From positions 132,598-196,597 of the forward strand of contig JBGTQK010000004.1 in assembly GCA_041941365.1 (NCBI GenBank): a stretch of DNA of 64,000 nt, written 5' to 3'. Positions within the stretch are counted from its first letter, which is position 1. Each line of letters opens with the position of its first letter. Made by a program: the position numbers and the translations under genes. Below, piece after piece: positions 9,010 through 19,683 of this stretch. The notes under the pieces are model-generated. The model was not told where the DNA came from. It saw nothing but the letters and a program-made list of their open reading frames with translations, and ran no database searches. This DNA is from Cellvibrionales bacterium. GTDB lineage: Bacteria > Pseudomonadota > Gammaproteobacteria > Pseudomonadales > UBA7434.

Positions 9010-9753
9010 ATGGATAGAGCATTATTTACAGCTATGACCGGGGCAAAAAATACTATGCATGCTCAGGCAGTTCATGCGAATAATCTGGCTAATGCGGCGA
9101 CGGATGGTTTTAAATCAGACTTTGTTTTGGCGCAAGCGAAAATGGTTGAAGGTGAAGGATGGAATACCCGGCATTTTGTAACAGCTTCAACAGCTGCAAT
9201 TGACTTTTCGTCTGGAACTCAAAAACAAACCGGTAGAGATCTGGATGTTGCGATTGATGGTGAAGGGTGGATGACTATTCAGGAGCCGGATGGAAGGATT
9301 TCATATACTCGATCCGGTCAGCTTTCAGTAAATTCTAACGGATTGTTAGTGAATCAAAGTGGTGAAATCATTATGGGTAATGCCGGACCCATATTGATAC
9401 CTGAAGCTGAAAAAATTGAAATTGGTTTCGATGGCACTATCTCCTTAAGAGGAGTTGGTCAGTCACCTGATACTCTTACTCAAATAGATCGTCTGAGATT
9501 GGTTAATCCTCCAAAAGAATTTCTTACTAAAGAGTCTGATGGCAAGATTTACGCTGATGAGTCAGTTCAGGTGCCTCTTGATGCAACTGTTAGGGTAAGA
9601 AAAGGTTTTCTTGAGTCTAGTAATGTGAATACAGTTGATGAGCTTACAAATATTATGAGTCTTGCCCGACAATTTGAGATGCAAATTAAGGTAATGAATG
9701 CAGTTGGTGAAATGGTGGATCGTAATGCTCAACTTATTCGTATGCAGGTTTGA
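9010..9753 (+). CDS. flgF: Flagellar basal-body rod protein FlgF
   Basis: N-terminus ANNLANAATDGFK and C-terminus LESSNVNTVDELTNIMSLARQFEMQIKV, in the expected position. Confidence 0.92.
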   Translation: MDRALFTAMTGAKNTMHAQAVHANNLANAATDGFKSDFVLAQAKMVEGEGWNTRHFVTASTAAIDFSSGTQKQTGRDLDVAIDGEGWMTIQEPDGRISYTRSGQLSVNSNGLLVNQSGEIIMGNAGPILIPEAEKIEIGFDGTISLRGVGQSPDTLTQIDRLRLVNPPKEFLTKESDGKIYADESVQVPLDATVRVRKGFLESSNVNTVDELTNIMSLARQFEMQIKVMNAVGEMVDRNAQLIRMQV

Positions 9754-9803
9754 TCATTTGTTGAGTTAACTAAAAGTTAATAGTATTAGTAGAGAGAAGA
9801 GAT

Positions 9804-10589
9804 ATGCACGCAGCGCTTTGGATCAGTAAAACCGGTTTGACCGCCCAGGATAAACAGTTAACTACTGTATCGAACAATTTAGCCAACTCCACAACGGTGG
9901 GTTTTAAGCGTGATAGAGTAAATTTCGAAGATTTACTCTATCAGGTAGAGCGTCAGCCTGGAGCACAATCCTCACAAAACAATCAGTTACCAAGTGGTTT
10001 GCTTCTTGGTACCGGCGTTAGAGTAGTTGGAACCCAGAAACAATTTACTGAAGGTAATCTTCAGGTTACTGATCAGGCGCTTGATATGGCGATAAGCGGA
10101 AGAGGATTTTTTGAAGTTTTATTGCCTTCAGGAGCGTCTGCCTATACAAGGAATGGTGAATTTCAGCTCAATGCGGATGGACAGATAGTTAATGCAGAAG
10201 GTTTGCAGTTACAACCGGCAATTACAGTTCCAGAAGGGACTCAAACGATAACTATTGCCACAGATGGTACGGTCAGTGCGCAAATAGCGGGTACATCAAC
10301 ACCAACACAGGTAGGCAATATTCAGTTAAATGATTTTATTAACCCGACGGGGCTACAAGCAATAGGGTCTAATCTGTTTTTTCCCACAGCTTCAAGTGGA
10401 GCAGTGAGCCAGGGAACTCCTGGTTTAAATGGTCTGGGTGATATTAAGCAGGGTCATATTGAAAATTCTAATGTCAACATTGTTGAAGAGTTAGTCAATA
10501 TGATTACTACCCAGCGCACATATGAAATGAATTCAAAAGTTATTCAAACGGCAGACCAGATGTTGCAGTTTGTTTCACAAAATATATAG
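9804..10589 (+). CDS. flgG: Flagellar distal rod protein FlgG
   Basis: SNNLANSTTVGFKRDRVNFEDLLYQ at the N-terminus and IENSNVNIVEELVNMITTQRTYEMNSKVIQTADQM at the C-terminus. Confidence 0.95.
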   Translation: MHAALWISKTGLTAQDKQLTTVSNNLANSTTVGFKRDRVNFEDLLYQVERQPGAQSSQNNQLPSGLLLGTGVRVVGTQKQFTEGNLQVTDQALDMAISGRGFFEVLLPSGASAYTRNGEFQLNADGQIVNAEGLQLQPAITVPEGTQTITIATDGTVSAQIAGTSTPTQVGNIQLNDFINPTGLQAIGSNLFFPTASSGAVSQGTPGLNGLGDIKQGHIENSNVNIVEELVNMITTQRTYEMNSKVIQTADQMLQFVSQNI

Positions 10590-10600
10590 GCGGTGAATAG

Positions 10601-11290
10601 ATGACTTATTTTCTACGTTTACTTTCTATTATATTACTCGCTCATCTAGTCGTTGCTTGTGCTACGGGTCCAATGCATACAGCGTTTCCTGATGATCCAG
10701 ATTATGCTCCTGTAAAGACAGCAACAAAACAACCAGAGTATGTATCTCAGGGTAGTTTGTATTTATCACACTCTGGAGTTGCACTATTTGATGATCGTAG
10801 AGCTTATCGAGTAGGTGACATTATAACGGTTGAACTGAATGAAAGAACGGTTTCGAGTAAGTCTACAGAAGCAAGTATTAGCAAGAATGCAGGGATATCT
10901 ATTGGAGATGACGTTATTCTTTCAAATACCCTGAATTTCAAGGGGCACGATTTTCAAACCAGTGTAGATCAGGATAGAACATTCGATGGCTCAGGTGAAG
11001 CTGATCAACAGAATAGCCTGGTTGGCAGTATAGCGGTTACTGTTTCGGGAATTATGCCTAACGGACTGCTTATTGTAAGAGGGGAAAAATGGTTGGCATT
11101 AACCAATGGTGAAGAATTTATTCGCTTGAAAGGCCTTATAAGACCTGAAGATATAACTGCAACAAATACGATTTCATCTACCAAAGTTGCTAATGCGCGT
11201 ATTTCCTATAGTGGAACAGGTGAGCTTGCTGATGCATCCAGGCAGGGCTGGGTTGGGCGTTTTTTCAGTTCTACTTACTGGCCCTTTTAG
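10601..11290 (+). CDS. flgH: Flagellar L-ring lipoprotein FlgH
   Basis: Lipobox LVVAC. Conserved RAYRVGDIITVELNE and VTVSGIMPNGLLIVRGEKW motifs. Confidence 0.93.
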   Translation: MTYFLRLLSIILLAHLVVACATGPMHTAFPDDPDYAPVKTATKQPEYVSQGSLYLSHSGVALFDDRRAYRVGDIITVELNERTVSSKSTEASISKNAGISIGDDVILSNTLNFKGHDFQTSVDQDRTFDGSGEADQQNSLVGSIAVTVSGIMPNGLLIVRGEKWLALTNGEEFIRLKGLIRPEDITATNTISSTKVANARISYSGTGELADASRQGWVGRFFSSTYWPF

Positions 11291-11317
11291 AAGTTGATAA
11301 TTATAGAGAGCTTTAAA

Positions 11318-12430
11318 ATGATTAAGAAGTTAATATTTAAATCATTGATTCTTACATTAGCTTTTATTTCTCAGTATGTGGTTGCTGACCGAATAAAAGA
11401 TATAGCATCAATTGCTGGCGTTAGAAGTAACCCATTATTAGGTTATGGTTTGGTGGTTGGTCTGGATGGTACCGGTGATCAAACTTCACAAACGCCATTC
11501 ACTACACAGTCCTTTAGCAACATGCTTAAACAATTTGGTATTACAGTACCCGAAGGCCAGACCTACCAGTTAAAGAATGTTGCAGCAGTAGCTGTTCATG
11601 GTGAATTGCCAGCATTTGCCAAGCCAGGGCAAACTATTGATATAACGGTTTCATCTATTGGTAATGCAAAAAGCTTAAGAGGTGGAACCCTATTGTTAAC
11701 GCCTTTAAAAGGAGCTGATGGCAGAGTATATAGTCTGGCGCAAGGAAACCTTGTGGTAGGTGGTTTTGGTGCTGAAGGGGCTGATGGTTCAAGTATCACG
11801 GTGAATGTGCCAAGTGTTGGCAGAATACCAAATGGTGCTACTGTAGAACGTATGGTGGATAGTGGTTTTGATTCATCACCTAATCTTATTTTTAATTTAC
11901 ATCGGTCTGATTTCACCACTGCCAAGCGCGTTGCTGATACGATAAATGATTATTTAGGGCCACAGACAGCGCGTGCATTGGATGCAAGTTCTATTATGGT
12001 AACGGCCCCAGCTAGAGTTAATGACCGAGTAACCTATGTATCCTTGTTAGAAAATCTACAAGTACAGCAAGGAATCGAAGCGGCGAAAGTGATTATTAAT
12101 TCCCGAACGGGAACGATTATTGTAGGGCAAAGCGTTAAGGTTTCGCCTGTTGCAGTAACTCATGGTAGTTTAACTGTTACGATAGTAGAGGATCCTGCTG
12201 TGTCACAACCAGAGCCGCTTTCTTCGGGTGGTGAGGCAACAGTTATAGATAACTCTCAAATAAGTATTGAGCAGGAGGATGGGCGCATGTTTTTATTCAA
12301 TGCAGGAACCAGGCTGGATGAAATAGTTAGAGCTGTTAATCAAGTGGGAGCAGCGCCAGGTGATTTAATGGCGATTTTGGAAGCAATGAAACAAGCAGGC
12401 GCGTTACGTGCGGAACTCGTTGTTATTTAG
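11318..12430 (+). CDS. flgI: Flagellar P-ring protein FlgI
   Basis: Signal peptide followed by [32 protein letters not shown]-terminus [25 protein letters not shown] prefer the ATG at 11318 (MIKKL...) over the TTG at 11294. Confidence 0.93.
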   Translation: MIKKLIFKSLILTLAFISQYVVADRIKDIASIAGVRSNPLLGYGLVVGLDGTGDQTSQTPFTTQSFSNMLKQFGITVPEGQTYQLKNVAAVAVHGELPAFAKPGQTIDITVSSIGNAKSLRGGTLLLTPLKGADGRVYSLAQGNLVVGGFGAEGADGSSITVNVPSVGRIPNGATVERMVDSGFDSSPNLIFNLHRSDFTTAKRVADTINDYLGPQTARALDASSIMVTAPARVNDRVTYVSLLENLQVQQGIEAAKVIINSRTGTIIVGQSVKVSPVAVTHGSLTVTIVEDPAVSQPEPLSSGGEATVIDNSQISIEQEDGRMFLFNAGTRLDEIVRAVNQVGAAPGDLMAILEAMKQAGALRAELVVI

Positions 12431-12444
12431 TTAGGACGGATTAG

Positions 12445-13446
12445 ATGTCAGCAATTACTCAATTTGCAAGTTCACAACAAAAGACTCAAGACGCCTATCA
12501 TCATCTTCAGAGCTTGAATAAAATCGCGTCACTTGCTGAAGATGATCAGTCCCCATCATTAGAAGCGTTAGATAAAATAAGCAGTCAGTTTGAATCTTTG
12601 TTAGCGCATCAGCTAATAAAGGCTATGCGCTCGGCGAATGAAGTATTTGCACAGGGCAGTTTTTTAACCAGTGAAAAAGTTAAATTTTATCGTCAGATGC
12701 TGGATGATCAATTGAGTTTATCCGTAACACAAGGTGCAGGTCTGGGTTTTAGAGAATCGTTTAGCGAACAAATGAAAGAGGCCTATGTTAATTCGACCTC
12801 AAGAAAGTCGGGCGATCCTGGTAAAGAAGAAGTAGCAGGGTTTTCTATTGCAAGTGTAAAAATAAATGAAAACTATATCCATGCAGATAAATACTCCAAT
12901 GTTTTACCTTTGAATCATGAAGCGGACTTTGATACAAGCACAAAATCGGCAAGCGTTTCTACAGAGCAAGTGTTAGATAATGGCTTTTCAACAAGTAGGG
13001 ATTTTATTGAAGCTTTAATGCCACTGGCAAGACGAGCTGCGCACAAACTTGGAGTGAATCCGGAAGAGCTTATAGCTCAGGCTGCTTTGGAAACAGGATG
13101 GGGCAAAAAGATGATACGTGATTCAGAAGGAAACAATAGCTACAATTTATTTGGTGTTAAAGCAGATAATCGTTGGCATGGAAAACAGGTAGAAGTCTCT
13201 ACTTTAGAATATTTTTCTGATGTACCTATACGTTTAAAAGCTTCATTCAGGGGTTATGGATCGTATAAGGAAAGCTTTGATGATTATGTAAACTTTATTC
13301 GTACTAATCCCAGATATTCCGGTTTTAATTCTGCTACTTCTTATCCAGAGCATCTACAAGTAGCAGGTTATGCAACAGATCCCAATTATGCGAAAAAAAT
13401 AAATTCTATCGTTAGTCGTATTCAATCGGTAGGAGAAAAACTCTAA
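12445..13446 (+). CDS. flgJ: Flagellar rod-assembly protein / peptidoglycan hydrolase FlgJ
   Basis: N-terminal rod-binding region (FESLLAHQLIKAMR). C-terminal glucosaminidase domain (AQAALETGWGK...YNLFGVK...YATDPNYAKKI). Confidence 0.9.
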   Translation: MSAITQFASSQQKTQDAYHHLQSLNKIASLAEDDQSPSLEALDKISSQFESLLAHQLIKAMRSANEVFAQGSFLTSEKVKFYRQMLDDQLSLSVTQGAGLGFRESFSEQMKEAYVNSTSRKSGDPGKEEVAGFSIASVKINENYIHADKYSNVLPLNHEADFDTSTKSASVSTEQVLDNGFSTSRDFIEALMPLARRAAHKLGVNPEELIAQAALETGWGKKMIRDSEGNNSYNLFGVKADNRWHGKQVEVSTLEYFSDVPIRLKASFRGYGSYKESFDDYVNFIRTNPRYSGFNSATSYPEHLQVAGYATDPNYAKKINSIVSRIQSVGEKL

Positions 13447-16109
13447 TGTCTTTATTGCTTGACATAGGTGTTTCCGGATTACTTGCTCAGCAAAGTAAGT
13501 TGCAAACAACAGGACAAAATATAACGAATGCGGATGTAGAAGGATATAGTCGGCGTGAAGTTGATTTACAAACACGTGATGAACGTTTCACTTCAGGTGG
13601 TTATATTGGGACAGGAGTGGAAATTGAAACCATTCGCCGTGTTACCAATGATCTACTAACCCGACAAAGTTTAACTTCTACGTCGAGGTTTGAAGAGCTT
13701 GAAGTACTTAATACGGGATTGGATCAACTTGATACTTTATTATCTAATGAAGCAACGGGCCTGGCTTCTTCAATTAATAGTTTCTTTGCTAGTTTACAGG
13801 CAGTCAGTGAAACACCATCTTCATTTACTTTGCGACAGGATGTAATAAATAAAGCCAACTCATTTGCTCAAAGCTATCAGACGCTTCATGATGAAATCCA
13901 ATCTTTATTACAGCAAACAGATGTCATTATAGAAAGTGGTGTATCAGAAATTAATGAATTGACATCCGCTATTGCAAATTTGAATACTGAAATCTTTGCT
14001 GCAAATGGAGTTTCATCAGGAGACAGACCAAATGAGTTATTGGATCAACGCGATATTCTATTAAACAAACTGTCTGAGAAAATATCTTTTACATCTGTGA
14101 TTCAAGATGGTGTCAATATAAATTTATATACTGCTAGTGGAACAGCTTTAGTCGTTGGAAGTGAGGCAAGTCAGTTGTTGGTATTGGGTAATAACAATAC
14201 TACTCAGGGAAGGGATATAGGAATAAAAGTAGGTAATATAACGAATGTGGTTACTGATGATATTAATGGAGGAGCCCTTGGTGGTGCGATTAGATTACGT
14301 GATGAAGGAGTGGATGAAGCATTTAATCAGATTGGACTGGTTCATACATTACTGTCATCTGCTTTAAATGTACTACATGCAGAGGGGGTCGATTTAAATG
14401 GCAATGCAGGTGGCAATCTCTTTATCGATATCAATGATCGTACATCGCAACTCTTCAGAGTGGCGCCGTCTATAAAAAATCAAAGTAGTGATGCTATTGT
14501 GTCAGTTGCTATAGAGGATCCAGGTGATTTAATTCCGTCAGATTACAAGTTGGAAATAAACAACACGGGAAGCTTGTTAGGTTATACAGTAACACGACTT
14601 AAAGACGGGGTTATTGTCGATCAAAATGCTGTTTCTCAGGATTTTCCTCGCGCAATAACAGTAGATGGATTTTCAATACAGTTGGAAAATGGGAATTTAA
14701 ATAGTGGTGATGTATTTATTCTTAGTCCAACAAGAGTGCCACCTGAATCTGTGGAATTACTTGTTCAGGATCCAAGCGCGCTGGCACTTGGTTTGCCTAT
14801 ATCGACAAGTGAAAGTAGTACGAACTCAGGAAATGGAAGAATATCTCAGGTTTCTGCATTGACGATAGAAAGCTCGGAAGTCAATCAGGATGCAGAAACA
14901 CTGGCTTTTTTTAGAGAGCAAACGCCACCATTACTGATAAAGTTTACATCGCCTACCACATTTGATGTGTTAGATAATTCAGATTCACTTTTTCCTGTTT
15001 CTTTAGATCCACCATTAAGAAATTTGACTTATATACCTGGTGTGAGTAACCAAATTCTTGATTATTCAACTGATACACAATTTTTGGAAAATTCTTACTT
15101 TACTTTGCCTGCTCTTGGAGCAATTGGAACAACCAATAACCGCTATTTTGGCGAGACAGTCACAGTGACTCGTAATCTTGAAGATGGTACACAACAGATT
15201 GAGACTGTGAATCTGATAGCGAGTGAATCTGCCGGGATTGCAGCAGCAAGACTCAATACCGTAGAGGGTATACGCGCAACAGCAAATACATCACTGGCAC
15301 TTACCGTATCAGATGACAACAGTGGCGCACCTTTACAGTTAAGACTTAATGGCATCGACCTGGTTTCTCCAGCAGATGGTGCTGTACCAAGCCCAATTAC
15401 TGTAGATTTTCTGGCTGATAGAATTAATCAATTGTTCTCTAACGCTGGGGTTGTGGCAAATGTTACAGGAAGCCAGTTAAATATACGTTCTCTGACAGGG
15501 GAAGACCTTGTCATTGAAAACTATGGAACAGGCGCAGATTCGGCAACAGTTATTGAAATCAACGGAACATCAATATTGCCAGGAGTAACTGTAACTGCAG
15601 GAAATGAAACTAGTATATTGGGAACGGTTGATGTTGTATTTGACTCCGATCTGCAACTATCGTCAACAGGGGGATTTTTTGGAAGTTCTACCGCTGAACC
15701 ATTGAATATATTTGTAGGGTACAACGTTGAAATGTCAGGTGCTCCACAAGCGGGAGATGAATTTACCGTAACACTCGGGCAAACAGGACCAGGTGATAAT
15801 CGCAATGCCCAGGCTTTAGCGGCGTTGGAATCTGCCGATATTCTAAGATTAGGCAATGCTACAGTAAGTGAAGTTTATGCAAGTGCAGTAGGTTCTATTG
15901 GAAGCAACAGCGCAAGGGCAAGTGTGGACAGAGATGCAGCTGAGTCATTACTGATTCAGACAAAAGAGAAAATTTCTAGCATTAGCGGTGTTAATCTAGA
16001 TGAAGAGGCCGCTAAACTTTTGCAATATGAACAGGCCTATAATGCATCAGCCAGAATAATCTCAGTGGCTCGTTCTGTATTTGATTCACTGATTGCTGCT
16101 TTTAGTTAG
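13446..16109 (+). CDS. flgK: Flagellar hook-associated protein 1 FlgK (enlarged, 887 aa)
   Basis: N-terminus GVSGLLAQQSKLQTTGQNITNADVEGYSRR and C-terminus GVNLDEEAAKLLQYEQAYNASARIISVA. The start overlaps the flgJ stop (TAATG). Confidence 0.92.
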   Translation: MSLLLDIGVSGLLAQQSKLQTTGQNITNADVEGYSRREVDLQTRDERFTSGGYIGTGVEIETIRRVTNDLLTRQSLTSTSRFEELEVLNTGLDQLDTLLSNEATGLASSINSFFASLQAVSETPSSFTLRQDVINKANSFAQSYQTLHDEIQSLLQQTDVIIESGVSEINELTSAIANLNTEIFAANGVSSGDRPNELLDQRDILLNKLSEKISFTSVIQDGVNINLYTASGTALVVGSEASQLLVLGNNNTTQGRDIGIKVGNITNVVTDDINGGALGGAIRLRDEGVDEAFNQIGLVHTLLSSALNVLHAEGVDLNGNAGGNLFIDINDRTSQLFRVAPSIKNQSSDAIVSVAIEDPGDLIPSDYKLEINNTGSLLGYTVTRLKDGVIVDQNAVSQDFPRAITVDGFSIQLENGNLNSGDVFILSPTRVPPESVELLVQDPSALALGLPISTSESSTNSGNGRISQVSALTIESSEVNQDAETLAFFREQTPPLLIKFTSPTTFDVLDNSDSLFPVSLDPPLRNLTYIPGVSNQILDYSTDTQFLENSYFTLPALGAIGTTNNRYFGETVTVTRNLEDGTQQIETVNLIASESAGIAAARLNTVEGIRATANTSLALTVSDDNSGAPLQLRLNGIDLVSPADGAVPSPITVDFLADRINQLFSNAGVVANVTGSQLNIRSLTGEDLVIENYGTGADSATVIEINGTSILPGVTVTAGNETSILGTVDVVFDSDLQLSSTGGFFGSSTAEPLNIFVGYNVEMSGAPQAGDEFTVTLGQTGPGDNRNAQALAALESADILRLGNATVSEVYASAVGSIGSNSARASVDRDAAESLLIQTKEKISSISGVNLDEEAAKLLQYEQAYNASARIISVARSVFDSLIAAFS

Positions 16110-16133
16110 AGGGAATTAAAGAGAAAATTAATT

Positions 16134-17354
16134 ATGCGACTTTCAACTAACCTATATTTTCAGCGTAGTTTACAAGATATTGTGAACGTTAGAGATCAGG
16201 TGCAAAAAACACAGGAACAAATCAGTAGTGGCAGAAAACAGGCTTCTGCATCAGATGATCCAATAGCATTTAACCGTGCAATGAATCTTGAACAAAAACA
16301 GAGTCAAACAGAAAGTTTCCAACGAAATATTGATTTTGCTGAAAATCGCCTTGAATTAATAGAAAGCACCTTGGATTCTGTGCAAACTATCATGTTTCGT
16401 ATTCGAGAGTTAACCCTTCAGGCAGGTAATGGCGTATTAACGAATAATGAAAGACAATCCATAGCCGAAGAAATTGAAGTAAGAAATGAAGAGCTGGTTT
16501 CACTGATGAATACAAAGGATTATAACGGTGAGTACATTTTCTCGGGATTTTCAGTCGATACTGAACCTTTTGTGGCTGACGGGATAGGGTACAGTTATCA
16601 GGGTGACAGTGGGCGAAGAGAATTACAAATAGGTTCCAATACTACAGTCGAGATTACAGAAAGTGGTTCTATTTTTACTAATATTGATGTAGCTAACAAC
16701 CTGGCTGAAGTAAAAGCGTTAGATGGCAATACTGCTGTCGCAACGGTAGGTAGTGTTGCTATAAGTGATCAGGCAGCATTTGATGCAGTTTTCCCTGAAG
16801 ATTACATTATTGAGTTTCAGGATATTACTGATATCGTTCCTAATGGACCTAATTACACGATAACCAGACGCTCAGATGGTGTAGAGGTTCAGTCAAATAC
16901 TGCTTATGATCCAGTTGCGGGCATAGAATTTTCTGGTGTCACCGTGATTATGACCGGTACTCCTTTGGATGGGGATCGCTTTTTAATTGAATCAACGGCT
17001 CAACGCGATCTTTTGAGTACTGTTCAGGATATAGTGGATCGTGTTGCAAGTTTTGCTACAGATGAATTGACAGAAAGGGAAACATTCCTCGCTCAGTCAT
17101 TAGAAAATCTTGAAAACATCGAACAAGCACTTTCTGTGAGTCGCTCTGGCTTGGGAGGGCGTTTGAATGTATTGGATTCTACCCGTTCTGCATTAGAGAG
17201 TGCCGAACTTAGTACGGGTACCTTATTAAGTGAAATTCGTGACCTTGATTATGCAGAAGCAGTAAGCACTCTGAGTTTTCAGACCTTCGTATTAGAGGCA
17301 GCGCAACAAAGTTATGTGAGAGTTGCCAGCCTTTCCTTGTTTAACTTCCTGTAA
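16134..17354 (+). CDS. flgL: Flagellar hook-associated protein 3 FlgL
   Basis: N-terminus MRLSTNLYFQRSLQDI..., with flagellin-like N- and C-terminal helices (DLDYAEAVSTLSFQTFVLEAAQQSY). Follows flgK. Confidence 0.9.
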   Translation: MRLSTNLYFQRSLQDIVNVRDQVQKTQEQISSGRKQASASDDPIAFNRAMNLEQKQSQTESFQRNIDFAENRLELIESTLDSVQTIMFRIRELTLQAGNGVLTNNERQSIAEEIEVRNEELVSLMNTKDYNGEYIFSGFSVDTEPFVADGIGYSYQGDSGRRELQIGSNTTVEITESGSIFTNIDVANNLAEVKALDGNTAVATVGSVAISDQAAFDAVFPEDYIIEFQDITDIVPNGPNYTITRRSDGVEVQSNTAYDPVAGIEFSGVTVIMTGTPLDGDRFLIESTAQRDLLSTVQDIVDRVASFATDELTERETFLAQSLENLENIEQALSVSRSGLGGRLNVLDSTRSALESAELSTGTLLSEIRDLDYAEAVSTLSFQTFVLEAAQQSYVRVASLSLFNFL

Positions 17355-17537
17355 ACCTTTATTAAGCCATCTTTTAAGCGCTATGACTTATCATCGTGCG
17401 TTTAATTGCTATTTGCTCTTATAAAATTAATAGAATCAAAGGCTTGTTTTATCTGAGCTATCTAAATTTCTTGTCTGCTTGACTATTTTTTAATAATAAA
17501 ACTATGGACTACTTCACACTTTTTATCATATAGCGGT

Positions 17538-17564
17538 TAAAGCTTGCCGATTTCTTGCCGTTAA
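17538..17564 (+). promoter_or_regulatory. Sigma-28 (FliA) type promoter for flagellin gene
   Basis: TAAAGCTT-gccgatttctt(11)-GCCGTTAA against the consensus TAAAGTTT-N11-GCCGATAA. About 118 nt upstream of the fliC ATG. Confidence 0.75.
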
Positions 17565-17681
17565 CCTCTGCAACAGCGCTTAAAACCTTTTTTAATTTCA
17601 AGTGGATGTCTAAGGGTCTTTAAGTGAAATGAAATTATTCGCACATCATGTGTCTGTATTATTAATGAAAGGAGTAGAGTA

Positions 17682-19163
17682 ATGACTCAGATAATTAACA
17701 CTAACGTTGCTTCGCTAACGGCTCAGCGAAACTTAAATGCATCACAAAATTCGCTAAACGTTTCGTTACAGCGTTTATCCTCAGGTTTACGAATTAATAG
17801 TGCACGAGATGATGCGGCGGGTTTGGCGATTTCTAATGCTTTTACCTCTCAGGTAAGAGGTCTAAACCAGGCAATTCGAAACTCAAATGATGGTATATCG
17901 TTAGCGCAGGTAGCTGAAGGTGCATTAGGCGAATCGACTAACATCTTGCAACGAATTCGTGAATTGTCAATTCAGTCAGCTAACGGTACAAACTCAGGTG
18001 AAGAGCGTTCTGCACTTCAACAGGAGGTGACCCAGTTGCAGGCAGAATTAAATCGAATTGCAGAAACAACTTCATTTGGTGGTCGACTACTACTTGACGG
18101 TTCTTTTGGTACAGAGAGCTTTCAGGTGGGTTCTGAAGCAAATCAAACTATTAATGTTTCATTAGATGCGGCTACAGCGCGTGATCTGGGTGCTAATACG
18201 ATTGACCTTGATGGTACGGCTATCGGTGCGGCAATAGCAGCGACTACAGCTATCCCGGCTAACACTACTGCTGGTACGACTTTGACAGTGAATGGTCCAT
18301 TGGGTGGAGCAACAGTCACTTATGCAGCAACTGAAAGTGCCAGAGATATTGCGGGAGCTTTTAACGAGCAGCAAGGTACTACAGGTGTATCAGCTGATGC
18401 CAGAACAGTAGCTACTTTTGGTAGTTTGAATGAAACAGGTGTCTTAAGTTTTGACCTTGGTGGAACAGGGACAAGTTCAGCTTCTATATCGGTTAACGTA
18501 ACTTCTACGAGTGACTTATCTGACTTGGCAGCCGCAATTAACCAGGAATCATCAACCACCGGTATAGTTGCTACAGCAAGCGGTGGTACAGTGACACTAA
18601 TTAATGAAGCAGGCGATGATATTACCCTTGATAACTTTGATATTGCAGGTAGTACCACTGAAACTGCTACTGTAGTATCAAGAAATTATGACAATACAGC
18701 AACATCTGCTGCTACAGCGAATACTGCTAACTTAACGGCGACTAACCTTGCGACACGTGTCATTGGTCAGATCAGGGTTGACTCTTCAGGCGCATTTAAC
18801 TTGAGTGGTGTAAACGCTGCGATTTCATCAACAACGACTTCATCGCTAAGTTCGGTTGATTCTGTTGATATCTCGACTCAAACAGGTGCTCAGTCTGCTA
18901 TCGCTGTGATTGATGCTGCAATACAAGGTATTGACTCACAACGAGCGGGTATAGGTGCGGTGCAAAACCGTTTGCAATCCACCATCGCTAACCTGCAAAG
19001 TATATCCGAGAATGTATCAGCTGCGCGAAGCCGAATTCAGGATGCGGACTTTGCAGCAGAGACTGCGAACTTGACTAGAACGCAGATATTGCAACAGGCG
19101 GGTATTTCGATTTTGGCTCAGGCCAACGCATTACCTCAGCAGGTATTGGGACTACTCCAGTAG
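17682..19163 (+). CDS. fliC: Flagellin
   Basis: N-terminus [52 protein letters not shown] and C-terminus [27 protein letters not shown]. Strong AAGGAG RBS. Confidence 0.96.
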   Translation: MTQIINTNVASLTAQRNLNASQNSLNVSLQRLSSGLRINSARDDAAGLAISNAFTSQVRGLNQAIRNSNDGISLAQVAEGALGESTNILQRIRELSIQSANGTNSGEERSALQQEVTQLQAELNRIAETTSFGGRLLLDGSFGTESFQVGSEANQTINVSLDAATARDLGANTIDLDGTAIGAAIAATTAIPANTTAGTTLTVNGPLGGATVTYAATESARDIAGAFNEQQGTTGVSADARTVATFGSLNETGVLSFDLGGTGTSSASISVNVTSTSDLSDLAAAINQESSTTGIVATASGGTVTLINEAGDDITLDNFDIAGSTTETATVVSRNYDNTATSAATANTANLTATNLATRVIGQIRVDSSGAFNLSGVNAAISSTTTSSLSSVDSVDISTQTGAQSAIAVIDAAIQGIDSQRAGIGAVQNRLQSTIANLQSISENVSAARSRIQDADFAAETANLTRTQILQQAGISILAQANALPQQVLGLLQ

Positions 19164-19207
19164 GAGTAGCCTGGAAAGGGATCATCCCGGTAAGTGAAAG
19201 CGACGTT

Positions 19208-19235
19208 AGAGCAGTTAACCGATTTTAACTGCTCT
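19208..19235 (+). terminator. Perfect 11-bp stem / 6-nt loop hairpin after fliC (attenuator or terminator without a U-tract)
   Basis: AGAGCAGTTAA-ccgatt-TTAACTGCTCT, starting 45 nt after the fliC stop. No T-run follows it, so partial read-through into flaG is plausible. Confidence 0.45.
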
Positions 19236-19258
19236 GATATTAAAGCGGGAAGTTACTG

Positions 19259-19663
19259 ATGGCAAATATAGAGACTATTAAATCCACATCAACCCAGCCG
19301 GTACAGCAGTTGGGTTTTTCTGGCTTATCACAAACCAGCCAGAAGAATACCGTAGGTACTAATGGCGGCAATACTTTGCCGCCAGTTGCCGAAAAAACAG
19401 AAAATACCAGCCTTCCCACGGCAAAAGAGTTAGATTCAATCGCAGAAACATTATCGCAATTTTCTAAATCTTTTGATCGTGACCTGGCCTTTTCTGTCGA
19501 TGACTCAACAGGAATTACGGTAATCACTGTTACAGACCACAACTCCGGAGAAGTAGTAAGACAAATCCCCTCAGAGGACATTCTTCAATTGGCGCAGAAC
19601 TTGCAAGAGTTACAGGAGGAGCTGCAAAGCTCACAAGGTAATTTATTTGATACGCGCGTTTAA
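19259..19663 (+). CDS. flaG: Flagellar protein FlaG
   Basis: FSVDDSTGITVITVTDHNSGEVVRQIPSEDILQLAQNL matches the FlaG core. Positioned between the flagellin gene and fliD. Confidence 0.85.
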   Translation: MANIETIKSTSTQPVQQLGFSGLSQTSQKNTVGTNGGNTLPPVAEKTENTSLPTAKELDSIAETLSQFSKSFDRDLAFSVDDSTGITVITVTDHNSGEVVRQIPSEDILQLAQNLQELQEELQSSQGNLFDTRV

Positions 19664-19683
19664 CAAAACGCTTAGGGAGTATT

